This document shows, in pieces, positions 61,024 through 64,000 of a DNA stretch of 64,000 nt (its first letter is position 1; each line of letters opens with the position of its first letter). Made by a program: the position numbers and the translations under genes. The notes beneath the pieces were generated by a model. It ran no database searches, was not told where the DNA came from, and saw nothing but the letters and a program-made list of their open reading frames with translations. Location: NCBI RefSeq assembly GCF_009914755.1, contig NC_060932.1. One strand, written 5' to 3'. This stretch comes from the human T2T-CHM13v2.0 reference genome, Homo sapiens.

Positions 61024-63493
61024 TAGATTTGACAGCCAAGAAAATTACCAGACGCAGAAACGGACATTATATATAATGATATAGGGAAAATCCACCAAGA
61101 AAACATAGTAATCTTAAATGTGTATGCACCAAAAAACAATGCTGCAAATTTTTTTGTGTGTAAAGCAAAAACTGATTGAACTGGTAAGAAAAATTTTTAA
61201 AAAACACAATTATCGTTGGGAGTTTTAACAGTACTTTCTCAACAACTGATAGAGCAACTAGATGGAAAATCAATAAGAATATGGAACAACTCAGTAACAC
61301 TACCAATTAACAGGATCTAACTTGCATTCATAGAAGACTCCAGCCTACAAGAGCAGACTACACATTCTTTTCAAGTAACCAGGAAACATATGCCAAGGTA
61401 GATCATATTCTAGGCAATACAACAAAACACAACTAACTTAAAATATTTAACATTATATAGAATTTATCTGTAACTACAAAATAATCAAACCGGATATCTA
61501 TAACTCAGAGATAAAAGAAAAATCTTCAAAAATGTGGACACTAAACATCACATTTCTAAATAAACTGTGAATCAAAGAGAAAGCCTCAAGGGATGTTTTA
61601 AAAACACATTAAACTAAATGAAAATGTAAAAACAATCTAAGAAAATATGTTGGGCAAACAAAAGCACTAGAGAGAAAAACTTACAGTACCAAACATATGT
61701 TATAAAAGAGGAAAGTCTCAAATCATTGATTAAATTCACACCTCAACAACCTAAAGAAGAGCAAACAACCTCAAAGTAAGCAGAAGTAAGTAAATAATAA
61801 AGAATACATGCCAATGAAATTAAAAACAGAAAATCAATAAAACAGAAGGATTTTTAAAAAATCAATAGCATTGACCAAAAAAGACAAATTATTGACATAA
61901 GGAATGGAAGATGAAATATCACTAAAGACCCTGAAGATAGAAAAAAGTAGAAAATACTATGAATTTACAATCATAAATTTGATAACATAGATGAAACTCA
62001 CCAGATCCTCAAAAAGCACAAATTACCAACTGTAAAATATGAAATTGTGCTATAGTAATTAAGGAAATAAAAAGTATAATTTTAAAAAAAGTCCAGAAAA
62101 AGACTTCTTCAAGTTTAATAAGTACAAATGCTTTTGCTGAGGAATTCTACCAAACGCAGAAAAACAACACCAATTATACATAATATCTTCCAAAAAAACA
62201 GAACAGGAGAGATTTCATGACTGATTTTATTAAGATAGTATCTTTTGATATCAAACTAGAAAAAAACTATGCCAAAAAAGAAGAAAAAAACTACTAATCA
62301 GTATGTCAATATCCCTCATGCATACAGATACAAAAATTCTTTAAAAATATTAGCACATAAACTCAGTAACATATTTTTCAAATATGATAAACTAACTGGA
62401 GCACATTCTAGGCATACAAAGCTGGTTAAATATTTGAATGTCAATCATTATAATTCACCATATTTACAGACTAAATGATAAAAATTTTATACCTATAATA
62501 ATATCAGTTAATGCAAGGAAAACACTTGACTAAATTCAACATTCATGATTTAAAAAAACTCAGAAAAAAAGAATAGCAGTGAACTTTCTCAACATAACAA
62601 AGAACATTAACAAATAACCTATAGATAAATTTGTACTTAGTGCTGAAAATTTTCTATAACATCAGGAACAAGGCAAAAATGCCCACCCTCTCCAGTCATT
62701 AAAAACAGTTGTAGCTAGTACAGTAATACGATAAACACAAAGGATTAAAAATAACATTTGCAGATGTTATGTTTCTCTTCATAGAAATTCCTAAGGAATC
62801 TACAACAAAACTCCTAGTACTTCAGCAGGGTCTCAGAATATAAAATATAAATAAAGAAATCAAGTATATTTCTGTATATGAGCAAAAACATGCAGATATT
62901 TAAATTTAAAAATACACTACCATTTGAAATCATACAAATAGGTTGAAATACTTAGGTGTGAACCTAACAAAACTAGTACAGGAACTGTATCCCCCAAAAT
63001 TATAAAATGCTAATGGAAGAAATCATAAATAACTAAGTAAATGGAGAGGCTGTATTCATGGATTGGACGACTCAACACAATAAAGATGTCAATTTTTTCT
63101 AAATTGATTTATATGTTTACTGTGATATCTATAGAAAATATCAACATGTTTTTATTATAGACATAGACAAACTTAATCTAAAATTTATATGAAAAGACAC
63201 AGGGACTACAATAGCTAAAATTATTTTGAAAAAGTAGAATTAAATGGATGAATTGTTCTACTCAATTTCAAGTCATGTGATATAGCTATAGTAATCACAA
63301 TTGTGTGGTATTGTCAGAGGTACAGACACACAGATCAATAGAACAGAGTAGGGAATCCATCAACAGACCTACACAAATATGCCAAGTGATTTTTCAACAA
63401 AGCTATAAAAGCAGTTCAATGAAAGAAAGATAACCATTTCAACAAATGGTGCTAGAGCAACTGGAAATCCAGAGTCAAAAAACAAAACAACCT

Positions 63494-63835
63494 GGAAAGG
63501 GCAGTAGCAGGGAGAGGAGCTGGGGAAGTAGAGATGGTTAATGGGTAGACACATATAATTAGAATGAATAAGATCTAGTATTTGACAACACAACAGAGTA
63601 ACTACGGTCAACAATAATTTACTGTACATTTTAAAGTCACTAAAAAAGAATAATTGCATCATTTATAACGCAAAGAAAGGGTACATGCTTGAGGTGATGG
63701 CTACCTCAGTTACCCTGATGTGATTATTACCCATTGTATGCCTGTATCAAATTATCTTCTGAACTCCTTAAATATATATATATATATATATATACCTACT
63801 ATGTACATGCAAAAATTAAAAGTAAAAATAAAACA
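63494..63835 (+). mobile_element. L1MA2/3-like 3'-end insertion nested in the older L1, with an internal (TA)n
   Basis: gatggttaatgggta...agaatgaataagatctagtatttga...accctgatgtgattattac...cctactatgtac followed by an A-rich tail. Confidence 0.8.
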
Positions 63836-64000
63836 AAAGACAAAATCTTAACCTAAATCTCACATTTTATTTTTAAAAAAATCTTCAAAATGAGTCACTG
63901 ACAAATGCAAAATATAAAACTATAAAACAAGTTACAAGTTACAGCCTGGGGAATATTTGCATACTATATATCCAACAAAGATTAATATCTTGAATATATA

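Larger units (their letters stand above)
59900..64000 (+). mobile_element. Old L1M (ORF1 end and ORF2 remnant) continuing past the window end
   Basis: ORF2 motifs in order (gagtggctatattactatcagataaa; tgtgtatgcacc; catcaggaacaaggcaa; ttcatggattgga; ttcaacaaatggtgct), heavily decayed. Confidence 0.8.

Overview
This is AT-rich, CpG-depleted primate (almost certainly human) genomic DNA from inside the giant neural gene CSMD3, which is transcribed on the minus strand. Only one real coding exon is present (19674-19881, 208 nt, CUB domain, canonical AG/GT sites). The rest is intronic and densely filled with transposable-element relics: several L1s (one young 5'-truncated L1PA3-like copy, plus older L1MA/MB/M copies), Alus, MaLR/ERVL LTR elements (THE1C, a two-LTR MSTA-like provirus, MLT1, MST, LTR33), DNA-transposon MITEs, L2/MIR fragments and microsatellites. 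Nearly all ORFs in the track are TE remnants or chance ORFs. I found no new gene or operon-like system. The most notable unexplained signal is a set of local template-switch or templated-insertion scars: a 36-bp fold-back in L1 ORF1, overlapping hairpins, two diverged local duplications abutting L1 fragments, an exact 18-mer copied from MER2, and a tail-less Alu fragment inside an MST provirus. Repeat subfamily names come from remembered consensus sequences, and their boundaries are approximate.
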